This document shows, in pieces, positions 53,676-64,000 of a stretch of 64,000 bases of DNA (positions are counted from its first letter, which is position 1; every line of letters begins with the position of its first letter). This stretch comes from Actinomycetota bacterium (GTDB lineage: Bacteria > Actinomycetota > Acidimicrobiia > Acidimicrobiales > VFJN01): NCBI GenBank assembly GCA_046726215.1, contig JBKPAA010000019.1, positions 27,379-91,378 on the forward strand. Reading direction: 5' to 3'. The notes beneath the pieces are model-generated. The model was not told where the DNA came from, searched no databases, and was given only the letters and a program-made list of their open reading frames with translations. The position numbers were made by a program, and so were the translations under genes.

Positions 53676-54469
53676 GTGGTCGGCGGGCCGACCCGGTCCA
53701 CTCTTTGAAGAAACTGCGGGCTACAGCCCCGGAAAATCTTCAAGGACGTGGGGAGCACTGGTTCGAGCCGGTCGCCGACCACATGGGCGCCGCGTACCTG
53801 CGGTACTCGTTCACCAAGGGCACCGCCCAGGAGATCGGGTTCCTCGTCGATGCCCTCCACCTCCGACCGGGCCAGCGCGTGCTCGACGTCGGTTGTGGAC
53901 CGGGCCGGCACGCCTACGCCCTCGCCGAGCGGGGGATCGAGGTGGTGGGGATCGACATCAGCCAGCGGTTTGTCGAGCTCGCCCGCGACGGCGCCCCGCC
54001 CCTCGCCAGCTTCCAGCGTGCCGACGCCCGGGACCTTCGGTTCGACGCCGAGTTCGACGCCGCCATTTCGCTGTGTCAGGGCGCCTTCGGCCTGGCCGGC
54101 GGGCCGAAGGCGCCGCTCGACGCCGACGGCGACGTGCTCGCCGGCATCGCGCGGTCGCTCCGTCCCGGCGCTGTGGCCGCGGTGACGGCCTTCTCGGCCT
54201 ACTTCCAGGTGCGCTGGCTCGAGGAGACCGACAGCTTCGACGCCGCGGCCGGCGTCAACCACGAGCGCACGGAGGTCCGCGACGAGGACGGGGTGGCCGC
54301 GGCGGCCGACCTGTGGACCAGTTGCTTCACACCGCGGGAGCTCCGCCTCCTGGCCCAGCGCGCCGGGCTCGAAGTGCGGGCGATCTGGTCGGTCGCCCCG
54401 GGCGCCTACGCCGCCGATCGGCCGACAATCGGCTCCCCGGAGTTCCTGCTCGTCGCGGCGCGTTCGTAG
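53672..54469 (+). CDS. Class I SAM-dependent methyltransferase
   Basis: VLDVGCGPGRH, GIDIS, DAR and SLCQGAFG motifs; GTGA overlap with polA. Confidence 0.88.
   Translation: MSGRRADPVHSLKKLRATAPENLQGRGEHWFEPVADHMGAAYLRYSFTKGTAQEIGFLVDALHLRPGQRVLDVGCGPGRHAYALAERGIEVVGIDISQRFVELARDGAPPLASFQRADARDLRFDAEFDAAISLCQGAFGLAGGPKAPLDADGDVLAGIARSLRPGAVAAVTAFSAYFQVRWLEETDSFDAAAGVNHERTEVRDEDGVAAAADLWTSCFTPRELRLLAQRAGLEVRAIWSVAPGAYAADRPTIGSPEFLLVAARS
53705..53743. repeat. 39-bp REP-like palindrome lying in frame in the methyltransferase N-terminus
   Basis: TTGAAGAAACTGCGGGCTACAGCCCCGGAAAATCTTCAA; right arm identical to 10-25. Confidence 0.72.
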
Positions 54470-54593
54470 CGGCCCGCCGGGGGCGGCTGCTACCCTCGCC
54501 CAAACGCGCTGTGCGGCGCGCCCTTGTGGCTGTCCCGTCGCTGGCGGGACCCGCAATCCGTTGTTCCCGACCCCGAAGAAAGCCGACCCGTTC

Positions 54594-56066
54594 GTGTCCG
54601 ACGCCCAAACGACCGATTCCACCGCCCCCGCCGCCACCGCCGACGGCGAGGTCGGCGCAGAGTCGGGATACACCCCGCGCCAGATCGTCGATGACGATCT
54701 CGGCGGCAGCTTCGCCGACGCCATCGACGCCACCCTCGTGTCCGTCGAGGATGGCGCCATGGTCACCGGGACGGTGGTGCGCGTCGACCGCGACGAGGTC
54801 CTTCTCGACATCGGCTTCAAGTCCGAGGGCGTGATCCCGAGCCGCGAGCTGTCGATCCGCAACGACGTCGACCCCAACGAGGTCGTGAAGGTGGGCGACC
54901 AGATCGAGGCCCTGGTGCTCACGAAGGAGGACAAGGACGGCCGGCTGGTCCTGTCCAAGAAGCGGGCCCAGTACGAGCGGGCCTGGGGCGACATCGAGCG
55001 CGTCAAGGAGGACGACGGGGTCGTGTCCGGCCCGGTCATCGAGGTGGTCAAGGGCGGCCTCATCCTGGACATCGGCCTGCGCGGATTCCTCCCCGCGTCG
55101 CTGGTCGAGCTGCGCCGGGTTCGCGACCTGCAGCCCTACGTCGGCAAGTCGCTCGAGGCCAAGATCATCGAGCTCGACAAGAACCGCAACAACGTCGTGC
55201 TGTCCCGCCGGGCCTGGCTCGAGGAGACGCAGCGCGAGCAGCGCGAGGACTTCCTCGCCAATCTGAAGCCCGGCGAGGTGCGCAAGGGCGTCGTGTCGAG
55301 CGTCGTGAACTTCGGCGCCTTCGTCGACCTCGGTGGCATGGACGGCCTCATCCACGTATCCGAGCTGTCGTGGAAGCACGTCGACCACCCGGGCTCCGTC
55401 GTGTCGGTAGGCGACGAGGTCGAGGTCCAGGTGCTCGACGTCGACCTGTCCCGCGAGCGCATCAGTCTGTCGCTCAAGGCCACCCAGCAGGACCCGTGGC
55501 AGGAGTTCGCCACCAGCCACCGCGTCGGCGAGCTGGTCTACGGCCGGGTCACCAAGCTGGTGCCCTTCGGTGCCTTCGTGCAGGTGGGCGACGGCATCGA
55601 GGGCCTGGTGCACATCTCCGAGATGTCCGCGCACCACGTCGACCTGCCCGAGCAGGTGGTCACCCCCGGCGAGGAGCTGTGGGTCAAGATCATCGACCTC
55701 GACCTGCAACGACGTCGGATCAGCCTGTCCATCAAGCAGGCCGCCGAGGGTGGCGTGGTGGCCGCCGAGTACCAGGAGCACTTCGGCGAGCACGCCTACG
55801 ACGACCAGGGCAACTACATCGGCCCCTCGGTCGAGCACTCGCCCGAGGCCGACGAGGCCTGGGCCGAGTACTACGAGCAGAGCCCCGAGGCGGCCGCCGC
55901 TGCGGCGGCCGCCGCTGCGGCGGCCGCGTCGGTTGCCGACGCCGAAGCCGCGTCGGCGGATGACACGGCTGGGGCCGATCCCGGCGCTGTCGATTCCGCC
56001 CCGGTCGAGCCCGCCGGGGGCGAGCCCGGCGCCGACGACGGTGAAGCCGACACGCCTCAGCCCTGA
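54594..56066 (+). CDS. rpsA: 30S ribosomal protein S1
   Basis: Four S1 domains (DIGFKSEG, GFLPAS, GAFVDLGG.DGLIH.SE, EGLVHISE); acidic/Ala tail. Confidence 0.96.
   Translation: MSDAQTTDSTAPAATADGEVGAESGYTPRQIVDDDLGGSFADAIDATLVSVEDGAMVTGTVVRVDRDEVLLDIGFKSEGVIPSRELSIRNDVDPNEVVKVGDQIEALVLTKEDKDGRLVLSKKRAQYERAWGDIERVKEDDGVVSGPVIEVVKGGLILDIGLRGFLPASLVELRRVRDLQPYVGKSLEAKIIELDKNRNNVVLSRRAWLEETQREQREDFLANLKPGEVRKGVVSSVVNFGAFVDLGGMDGLIHVSELSWKHVDHPGSVVSVGDEVEVQVLDVDLSRERISLSLKATQQDPWQEFATSHRVGELVYGRVTKLVPFGAFVQVGDGIEGLVHISEMSAHHVDLPEQVVTPGEELWVKIIDLDLQRRRISLSIKQAAEGGVVAAEYQEHFGEHAYDDQGNYIGPSVEHSPEADEAWAEYYEQSPEAAAAAAAAAAAAASVADAEAASADDTAGADPGAVDSAPVEPAGGEPGADDGEADTPQP
55890..55928 (+). repeat. 15-bp tandem repeat encoding 13 Ala in the S1 tail
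   Basis: GCGGCCGCCGCTGCG x2 plus a partial copy. Confidence 0.75.
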
Positions 56067-56090
56067 ACCGCCCCGGTAGCGTCCGCCGCC

Positions 56091-56699
56091 GTGCTGGTCG
56101 TAGGGCTCACCGGGGGCATCGGGTCGGGGAAGTCGACGGTGTCGGCACTGCTGGCAGCCAAGGGCGCGGTGGTCGTCGATGCCGACGCCATGGTCCGGGA
56201 CCAGCAGCGGCCCGGCACGCCGGTGTTCGATGCGATGGTCGAGCGGTTCGGTCCGAGGATCGTGGCCGCCGACGGCACGCTGGACCGCGCCGCCGCCGCC
56301 GACATCGTGTTTGCCGACCCCCAGGCGCTGTCCGACCTCAACGACATCGTGCACCCGGCGGTGGGAGCGGAGGTCGCCCGGCGGATGGAGGAGCTGTCGG
56401 CCACCGACGCGGTGGTGGTGCTCGACGTGCCGCTGCTGGTGGAGGCGGCGCGCGGCTATCCGCTGGCGGGACTGATCGTCGTCGACGTCGACCCCGACAT
56501 CGCCGTGGAGCGGTTGGTCGTGCAGCGCGGCATGACCGAGGAGGACGCGCGGTCCCGCATGTCGCGCCAGGCGAGCAGGGAAGAGCGCCGGGCGCGGGCC
56601 GACGTCGTGATCGACAACCGCGGCACGCTCGACGACCTGGCCCGCCAGGTCGATGCCGCCTGGGACTGGATCGAGGGGCTGCGGGCCCGAGCGGGCTGA
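56091..56699 (+). CDS. coaE: Dephospho-CoA kinase
   Basis: GLTGGIGSGKST, DAD, LDR, VHP, DVPLL.E and ADVVIDN motifs. Confidence 0.96.
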   Translation: MLVVGLTGGIGSGKSTVSALLAAKGAVVVDADAMVRDQQRPGTPVFDAMVERFGPRIVAADGTLDRAAAADIVFADPQALSDLNDIVHPAVGAEVARRMEELSATDAVVVLDVPLLVEAARGYPLAGLIVVDVDPDIAVERLVVQRGMTEEDARSRMSRQASREERRARADVVIDNRGTLDDLARQVDAAWDWIEGLRARAG

Positions 56700-56792
56700 C
56701 CCCAGGGGCTTGCGTCGGCGCGACATCCGTTCGCCTGCCGATCTCCGGGGCGACACCGGCGCCTCACTGCCGGTTCACGATCGCTCGTTACC

Positions 56793-57671
56793 TTGCGCGC
56801 AGCGATGTCCGACTGGATGCGGTGTCCCGCCAGGCGAACGCTCTACGAGTCGCGCCGAGCGCTACTGGCTGAGTCGTCCTCGGGTCATCGTGCCGACCTG
56901 CGCGTGCGCATCGGCGAGGGCGACCTGCCCGGCCAGGTGGAGCTGGTGTGGCACGGCGTCAACGACCGCGCCAACCTGCGCCACTTCCTGGCATCGCCGG
57001 TGCGCTGGGGGGAGTGCGACGTCCGGCGCGACCGGCGGGGGCGGCTGGCGTTGCGCCACGACGCGTTGGGGGAGGCGGCGGAGCAGGCGTCCGGGGACGG
57101 GCCCGCGCAAGCCCTGATGGCCGAGGAGTTCGTCCGGGCCGCGGTTGCGGTGGGGAAGGGCATCAAGCTCGACATCAAGCAGGCCGACATCCTCGACGAG
57201 GTGCTGGCGCTCGTGGACCGCGTCGGGGTTGGCGAGCGGACCCTCTGGTTCAACGGACGTGTCGACGTGTTGGGCGCCGCCGGCGTCCGGCGCCTGCGGC
57301 GGGCGTGGCCGGCCGCCACCCTGCAGTGCCCGATCGACGCCCTTGCCCCGGCGATGGTGGTGGCCCCCGACCGAGCGCGCGCCGCGCTCGGCGAGATGGC
57401 GTCGTGGGGTGTCGACCGGTTCTCGCTGGCCTGGGGCACGACTCACATGGCGCTGGTGCTCGACCGGCTCGACGAGTGGGGGCACGACGTCAACATCTAC
57501 GCGGTCGAGAACCTCGACGACTTCCTCAGGGCCGTGTTGCTGTTGCCACGCTCGGTGACGGCCGACTTCAACTTCCCCGAGTGGCACTACTTCGGGCGGG
57601 GCGCCGGTCGGGGCGGCCGCTACCACCGCTACCACCTCGACCCGGCACCGGCGGCCGCAGACGTCGCCTGA
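56793..57671 (+). CDS. PLC-like phosphodiesterase TIM-barrel protein resembling FAM151/menorin (DUF2181)
   Basis: WHGVN, ECDV, LRHD, KGIKLDIK, LWFN and FSLAW motifs; start may be 56805. Confidence 0.65.
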   Translation: MRAAMSDWMRCPARRTLYESRRALLAESSSGHRADLRVRIGEGDLPGQVELVWHGVNDRANLRHFLASPVRWGECDVRRDRRGRLALRHDALGEAAEQASGDGPAQALMAEEFVRAAVAVGKGIKLDIKQADILDEVLALVDRVGVGERTLWFNGRVDVLGAAGVRRLRRAWPAATLQCPIDALAPAMVVAPDRARAALGEMASWGVDRFSLAWGTTHMALVLDRLDEWGHDVNIYAVENLDDFLRAVLLLPRSVTADFNFPEWHYFGRGAGRGGRYHRYHLDPAPAAADVA

Positions 57672-57695
57672 GCCGCGGGAGAGCGTGAGGCGGCC

Positions 57696-58346
57696 CTACG
57701 CGCTCAGGCGGAGCCGGTGGAGCCAGGCGCGGGCCCGTGCGAGCACGTCGGGTCGGACACGCGGCTTCGCCGGGGTGGCCGGTGCCGCCCGGGTCGTAGC
57801 CGCTTCGGTCACCCCGTCGACCAGCAGCCCGGCCAGCTCTCCGGCCGCGGCCACCGGCACGCGGACGGCCCCGGTACAGACCTCGTCGCGCCAGGTGCTC
57901 ACCACGAAGGTCCGCCGCTCGGGGTGCCAGGTCGTGCGCAGGTAGGTGCCATCACGGCGGGCGTCCTCGATGAGCACCCGACGCCGGTGCGCCGCTCCAT
58001 CCCCCGTGGTGCGAGTGTGCGCCGATGCCGGGCCAACTGTCGAGCGGCCGACCTCGGGCCAACCGGCAACGGCGCCGATTCGTCGCGAGTACCGCAAGAA
58101 ATTGGCGCCGGAACGATCGGGGGGCGAGAAATTGGCGCCGGAACGTCGCCCCGCAGGGGACGGAGAGCGAGGTCCGGTCGCCGGGTCGGTCGCCGGCGTG
58201 ACCCCTTGGGCTCGACGCGCCGCACCGGCCGGGGGCAGCCCACCGCACCCGCCGGCCGGCACGGCCGGAACCGGCCCGCCTGCCGGCTCGGGAGGCGACA
58301 GCTTCCTCCCGAGCGGGCGCCGAACCGCTCCCGCGCCGGTACTCAT
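57696..58346 (-). CDS. Hypothetical protein: conserved-looking C-terminal domain, repeat-derived N-terminus
   Basis: EDARR..YLRTTWHPE..VVSTWR..CTG..RV domain; the reading frame stays open through the repeats at 58070-58145. Confidence 0.6.
   Translation of the reverse strand: MSTGAGAVRRPLGRKLSPPEPAGGPVPAVPAGGCGGLPPAGAARRAQGVTPATDPATGPRSPSPAGRRSGANFSPPDRSGANFLRYSRRIGAVAGWPEVGRSTVGPASAHTRTTGDGAAHRRRVLIEDARRDGTYLRTTWHPERRTFVVSTWRDEVCTGAVRVPVAAAGELAGLLVDGVTEAATTRAAPATPAKPRVRPDVLARARAWLHRLRLSA
58070..58145. repeat. REP-like palindrome family B, copy 2, with a duplicated right arm
   Basis: CGGCGCCGATTCGTCGCGAGTACCGCAAGAAATTGGCGCCGG; AGAAATTGGCGCCGGAACG repeated at 58097 and 58127. Confidence 0.78.
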
Positions 58347-58395
58347 GGTCGGGCACTTCTGGGCGCGCCGTCGTTGTCATACGACACAGTTCGCG

Positions 58396-58411
58396 TGTGC
58401 CCGCGGTCACA
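58396..58411. promoter_or_regulatory. CRP/Fnr-family binding site
   Basis: TGTGC-CCGCGG-TCACA, 9/10 match to TGTGA-N6-TCACA, directly downstream of a Crp gene. Confidence 0.6.
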
Positions 58412-58433
58412 CTACGGTCGGGGAGCGTGCGGA

Positions 58434-59141
58434 TCAGCCGGCGAAGGTGCGCAGCCCGTCGGCGTCGCAGATGGTGACCGACCGCCGCCCGGTGATGACC
58501 AGCCCGCGGCGGCGCAGCTCGGCCAGGCCCCGCGCCACCGACTCCCGCGAGGCGCCGATCAGCCCCGACAGCTCGTGCTGCGACAGCGCCAGCCCGACCT
58601 GGACACCGCTCTGGCCTGCGTCGCACCGTCCCGGGTCGGCGCGGGCGCCGGTGGCGGCCTCGTCCAGGACCTCGATCAGCACCCGCGCCAGCCGGCGGGT
58701 GGCGTCGTAGGGACCGAATTCCGTCCGGCGCCGGTCGGCCCCCCGCAGCCGGCTGATGACGAGGCGCAGCAGCGCGAGGGTCGAGCGGGGATGCGCCTCG
58801 AGGAACGTCTGCAACTCCCGGGCGGCGATGACGCGGCAGCGTACGGGTTCGAGCGCGATGACGGTCGCCGACCGCCGTTCACCGGGATCGAGCGCTCCCA
58901 TCTCGCCGATCAGGTCTCCCGGACCACGCACGCTCAGCGTGACCTCGTTGCCCTCGGGTGTGCCCGTGAACACCCGCACCCGCCCCTCGAGGACGAGGTA
59001 CGTGGTGTCGTTGTGGTCGCCCTCGAGGATCATCCGCTCGCCCCGCCGGTAGGACCGGGCGCGCCCGATCTCCCCGAGGGCGGTCCGTTCGTCGGCCGCC
59101 AGCGAGCCCAGAAAGCTGCCGACGGCAGGAAGCTCCGCCAC
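58434..59141 (-). CDS. Crp/Fnr-family transcriptional regulator
   Basis: cNMP domain (EGD, GRVRV, GDLIGEM, RSATV) plus HTH LSQHELSGLIGASRESVAR; start uncertain. Confidence 0.92.
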   Translation of the reverse strand: MAELPAVGSFLGSLAADERTALGEIGRARSYRRGERMILEGDHNDTTYLVLEGRVRVFTGTPEGNEVTLSVRGPGDLIGEMGALDPGERRSATVIALEPVRCRVIAARELQTFLEAHPRSTLALLRLVISRLRGADRRRTEFGPYDATRRLARVLIEVLDEAATGARADPGRCDAGQSGVQVGLALSQHELSGLIGASRESVARGLAELRRRGLVITGRRSVTICDADGLRTFAG

Positions 59142-59217
59142 GAGCCCGCAGGTTAACCGCCCTGACCAGGGCATTTCCCGCATTTCTCGCGGACCGCGCC
59201 GGCCCGCAGGCCGGTCA

Positions 59218-59239
59218 TGTCACACCTGGTCGGTAGATT
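59218..59239 (+). promoter_or_regulatory. RecA-NDp/PafBC-type DNA-damage promoter of uvrB
   Basis: TGTCAC-N10-TAGATT, matching the TGTCGG-N10-TANNNT architecture. Confidence 0.55.
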
Positions 59240-59248
59240 CCAACAGCG

Positions 59249-61288
59249 ATGGCCCCGCGCACGTCACCATTCCGCATGGTGTCCGAGTTCGCCCCCGCCG
59301 GCGACCAGCCGGCGGCCGTCGCCGCGCTCAGCGCCGGCATCGGCAACGGCGAGCGCTACCAGACGCTCCTCGGCATCACGGGGTCGGGCAAGAGCGCCAC
59401 CATCGCCTGGACCATCGAACAGGTCCAGAAGCCCACGCTGGTGATCGCCCCCAACAAGTCATTGGCCGCCCAGCTGGCCAACGAGTTCCGCGAGTTCTTC
59501 CCCGACAACCGGGTCGAGTACTTCGTCAGCTACTACGACTACTACCAGCCCGAGGCCTACATCGCCTCCACCGACACCTACATCGAGAAGGACTCGTCGA
59601 TCAACGACGAGATCGACCGGCTGCGCCACTCGGCGACGGCCGCGCTGCTCACCCGCCGCGACGTCATCGTGGTCGCCTCGGTGTCGTGCATCTACGGCCT
59701 GGGCTCACCCGACGAGTACCGCGAGAACGTCCTGTTCCACCTCGTGGGCGACCAGATCGACCAGCGCGCCTTCCTCCGCAAGCTGGTCGACATGCAGTAC
59801 GACCGCAACGACGCCAACCTGACCCGCGGTCGGTTCCGGGTGCGGGGCGACACGATCGAGGTCCATCCCGCGTACGAGGAGACGATCCTCCGCATCGAAC
59901 TGTTCGGCGACGAGATCGAACGGATCGCGGTGGTCGACCCGGTGACGGGCGAGCAGATCCGCACGCTCGAAGACCTGTGGATCTACCCGGCCACGCACTA
60001 TGTCGCCGGCCAGGAGCGCATGAGCCGGGCCATCGAGCGCATCGAGGCCGAGCTGGCCGAGCGCCTGCGCTGGTTCGAGAAGCAGGGCAAGCTGCTCGAG
60101 GCCCAGCGGCTCCGCATGCGCACCCAGTACGACCTCGAGATGATGCAGGAGGTCGGATACTGCAGTGGCATCGAGAACTACTCGGCGCCCATCGACGGCC
60201 GGGGGCCGGGCGAGACCCCCAACACGCTGCTCGACTTCTTCCCCGACGACTATCTGTGCGTCATCGACGAGAGCCACGTGGCCGTGCCCCAGCTCCACGG
60301 CCAGTACGAGGGCGACCGGTCGCGCAAGCTCGAGCTGATCACGCACGGCTTCCGCCTGCCGTCCGCGGCCGACAACCGCCCGCTCAAGTTCGACGAGTTC
60401 ATCGACCGGGTCAACCAGGTGGTCTTCCTCTCTGCCACCCCCGGGGCCTATGAGCTCGAGGTGTCGTCGCAGGTCGTCGAGCAGATCGTGCGGCCCACGG
60501 GCTTGGTTGACCCCGAGGTCATCGTGAAGCCCACCAAGGGTCAGATCGACGACCTCATCGCCGAGATCAACGGCCGCGTCGAGCGCAACCAGCGCGTGCT
60601 GGTCACCACGCTCACCAAGAAGATGGCCGAAGACCTGAGCGACTACCTGCTGGAGCAGGGGCTCCGGGTGCGCTACCTGCACTCCAACATCGACACGATC
60701 GAGCGCATCGAGATCCTGAGGGCGCTGCGGCTGGGCGAGTTCGACGTCCTCGTCGGCATCAACCTGCTGCGCGAGGGTCTCGACCTGCCCGAGGTGTCGC
60801 TGGTGGCCATCCTCGACGCCGACAAGGAGGGCTTCCTCCGCAGCGACACGTCGTTGATCCAAACCATCGGGCGGGCGGCCCGCAACGTCGACGGACAGGT
60901 GATCATGTACGCCGACGCAGTCACCGACTCGATGCGCCGGGCCATCGGCGAGACGCAGCGCCGGCGCCAACTGCAGATCGCGTACAACGCCGAGCATGGC
61001 ATCGAGCCGCAGAGCATCCGCAAGGCCGTCAACGACATCCTCGCCCACCTCCGGCCCGAGGAGGGTGCCCCGGTGCCGGGCGATGGCCGCCGGCGCCGGA
61101 GGGTGCGGGCGGCCGAGCGTCTGCGCACCGAGCTGGCCGACCTGCCGCCCACCGAGCTGGGCCGCCTCATCCAGACCCTGGAGGAGGAGATGCACGAGGC
61201 CGCCGCCGACCTCCGCTTCGAGTACGCCGCCCGGCTACGCGACGAGGTCGGCGAGCTCAAGCGCGAGCTGCGGGAGGCGGGCGTCTGA
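59249..61288 (+). CDS. uvrB: Excinuclease ABC subunit B
   Basis: [41 protein letters not shown] and FEYAA..RD motifs. Confidence 0.98.
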   Translation: MAPRTSPFRMVSEFAPAGDQPAAVAALSAGIGNGERYQTLLGITGSGKSATIAWTIEQVQKPTLVIAPNKSLAAQLANEFREFFPDNRVEYFVSYYDYYQPEAYIASTDTYIEKDSSINDEIDRLRHSATAALLTRRDVIVVASVSCIYGLGSPDEYRENVLFHLVGDQIDQRAFLRKLVDMQYDRNDANLTRGRFRVRGDTIEVHPAYEETILRIELFGDEIERIAVVDPVTGEQIRTLEDLWIYPATHYVAGQERMSRAIERIEAELAERLRWFEKQGKLLEAQRLRMRTQYDLEMMQEVGYCSGIENYSAPIDGRGPGETPNTLLDFFPDDYLCVIDESHVAVPQLHGQYEGDRSRKLELITHGFRLPSAADNRPLKFDEFIDRVNQVVFLSATPGAYELEVSSQVVEQIVRPTGLVDPEVIVKPTKGQIDDLIAEINGRVERNQRVLVTTLTKKMAEDLSDYLLEQGLRVRYLHSNIDTIERIEILRALRLGEFDVLVGINLLREGLDLPEVSLVAILDADKEGFLRSDTSLIQTIGRAARNVDGQVIMYADAVTDSMRRAIGETQRRRQLQIAYNAEHGIEPQSIRKAVNDILAHLRPEEGAPVPGDGRRRRRVRAAERLRTELADLPPTELGRLIQTLEEEMHEAAADLRFEYAARLRDEVGELKRELREAGV

Positions 61289-61319
61289 ATGATCCCCGGT
61301 TGGGCGACCCGGAACGTGG

Positions 61320-61360
61320 CCCGACGGCTAAGTTCAGGTGACCATCACTTAGACACCGGG
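61320..61360. repeat. AT-rich imperfect palindrome (REP-like)
   Basis: CCCG....CTAAGT ... ACTTAG....CGGG. Confidence 0.4.
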
Positions 61361-61388
61361 TTACGCCGGCCACGGGGGGAGGAGGAGG

Positions 61389-62138
61389 GTGAGCCACGTC
61401 GCATACGACGAGGTGGGCAGGGACTTCGATGCGGTGCGCGACCGCCGACCGGACGCCCAGCGCGTCTGGTGCGAGCGGGTGCGGCAGTACCTGTCGGACC
61501 CACCACCGTTCGCGATGGTCGACGTCGGCTCGGGCACGGGCATCTGGTCGAAGGCGCTGGCAGACAGCTTCGGCGGCCTCGTCTACGCAGTAGAGCCATC
61601 TGCGGGCATGCGCGGCCGCGCCGCCCTCGCCCATCCACACCCACGGGTCGAGTACGTGCCGGGCCGGGCGGAGGCGCTGCCGCTGCCCGACGAGTCGGTC
61701 GGCGCCGCCTGGTTGTCGACGGTCATCCACCAGTTCCCGGACCTCACGGCAGCGGCGCGCGAGCTGCGCCGGGTCATCGAGCCTGCGGGGTGTGTCCTGG
61801 TTCGCAGCGGGTACCCGGGACGGCAGGACGAGATCGAGCTGTTCCAGCTGTTCCCGGGGGCCATGCGCGTGGCCGAGACCTGGCCCCGGCTCGGCCAGGT
61901 CATCACGGCCTTCGAGGACGCCGGTTTCGTCTTCGAGGCGATCGAGCGGGTGAGGGAGCCCACTTTCGACAGCTACGAAGAGATGCTCGAGCTGCTGCCG
62001 GTGATGCGGCGCAGCGACACCGCCCTTGTCGACCTCGACGACGAGGCGTGGAACAAGGGCATCGCCGCCATCGAGCGGGCCCTGGCGGCGGGCGAACGGC
62101 CCTGGGACCTGGGCATGGACCTGCTCGTCATGCGCTGA
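61389..62138 (+). CDS. Class I SAM-dependent methyltransferase
   Basis: [22 protein letters not shown]; strong SD GGAGGAGGAGG. Confidence 0.9.
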   Translation: MSHVAYDEVGRDFDAVRDRRPDAQRVWCERVRQYLSDPPPFAMVDVGSGTGIWSKALADSFGGLVYAVEPSAGMRGRAALAHPHPRVEYVPGRAEALPLPDESVGAAWLSTVIHQFPDLTAAARELRRVIEPAGCVLVRSGYPGRQDEIELFQLFPGAMRVAETWPRLGQVITAFEDAGFVFEAIERVREPTFDSYEEMLELLPVMRRSDTALVDLDDEAWNKGIAAIERALAAGERPWDLGMDLLVMR

Positions 62139-62167
62139 GGCGTGGCGCGGGCAAGGAGTCCGCCCGA

Positions 62168-62183
62168 TCGAACATGCGTTCCT
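62168..62183. promoter_or_regulatory. LexA (SOS) box upstream of uvrA
   Basis: TCGAAC-ATGC-GTTCCT against the actinobacterial consensus TCGAAC-N4-GTTCGA; -10-like TAGCCT at 62201-62206. Confidence 0.7.
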
Positions 62184-62214
62184 CGCGCCCGCCGGGGCGA
62201 TAGCCTCTGACTTC

Positions 62215-64000
<1,786 letters not shown>

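Overview
Very GC-rich actinobacterial chromosome segment, most likely Acidimicrobiia (inferred from gene order, mshD, PdtaR-polA-rpsA-coaE-uvrB-uvrA synteny, short-arm tRNA-Leu). Mostly core genes: a menaquinone cluster (menE, menA, menH, menD, menF, menG), nth, his genes (D, C, B, H, A, F, I), trp genes (E, C, F, B, A), arylsulfatase, bcp, ECF sigma-ogt, tRNA-Leu(CAA), malQ, pdtaR, polA, rpsA, coaE, a Crp regulator, uvrB and the 5' part of uvrA. No CRISPR array, transposase or phage gene was seen. The most interesting signals: (1) a 96-97 bp nested-palindrome repeat with fixed spacing, in 3 diverged copies; (2) several other REP-like palindromes, some lying in frame inside proteins; (3) a candidate three-hairpin small RNA with C-rich loops after nth; (4) a FAM151/menorin-like TIM-barrel protein; (5) a 3-gene cell-envelope island splitting the his cluster; (6) an rlmN pseudogene with several lesions; (7) an unannotated 39-aa membrane peptide divergent from the tRNA; (8) PafBC-like, LexA and CRP-like regulatory boxes. 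All family assignments come from recognising motifs by eye; no searches were run.
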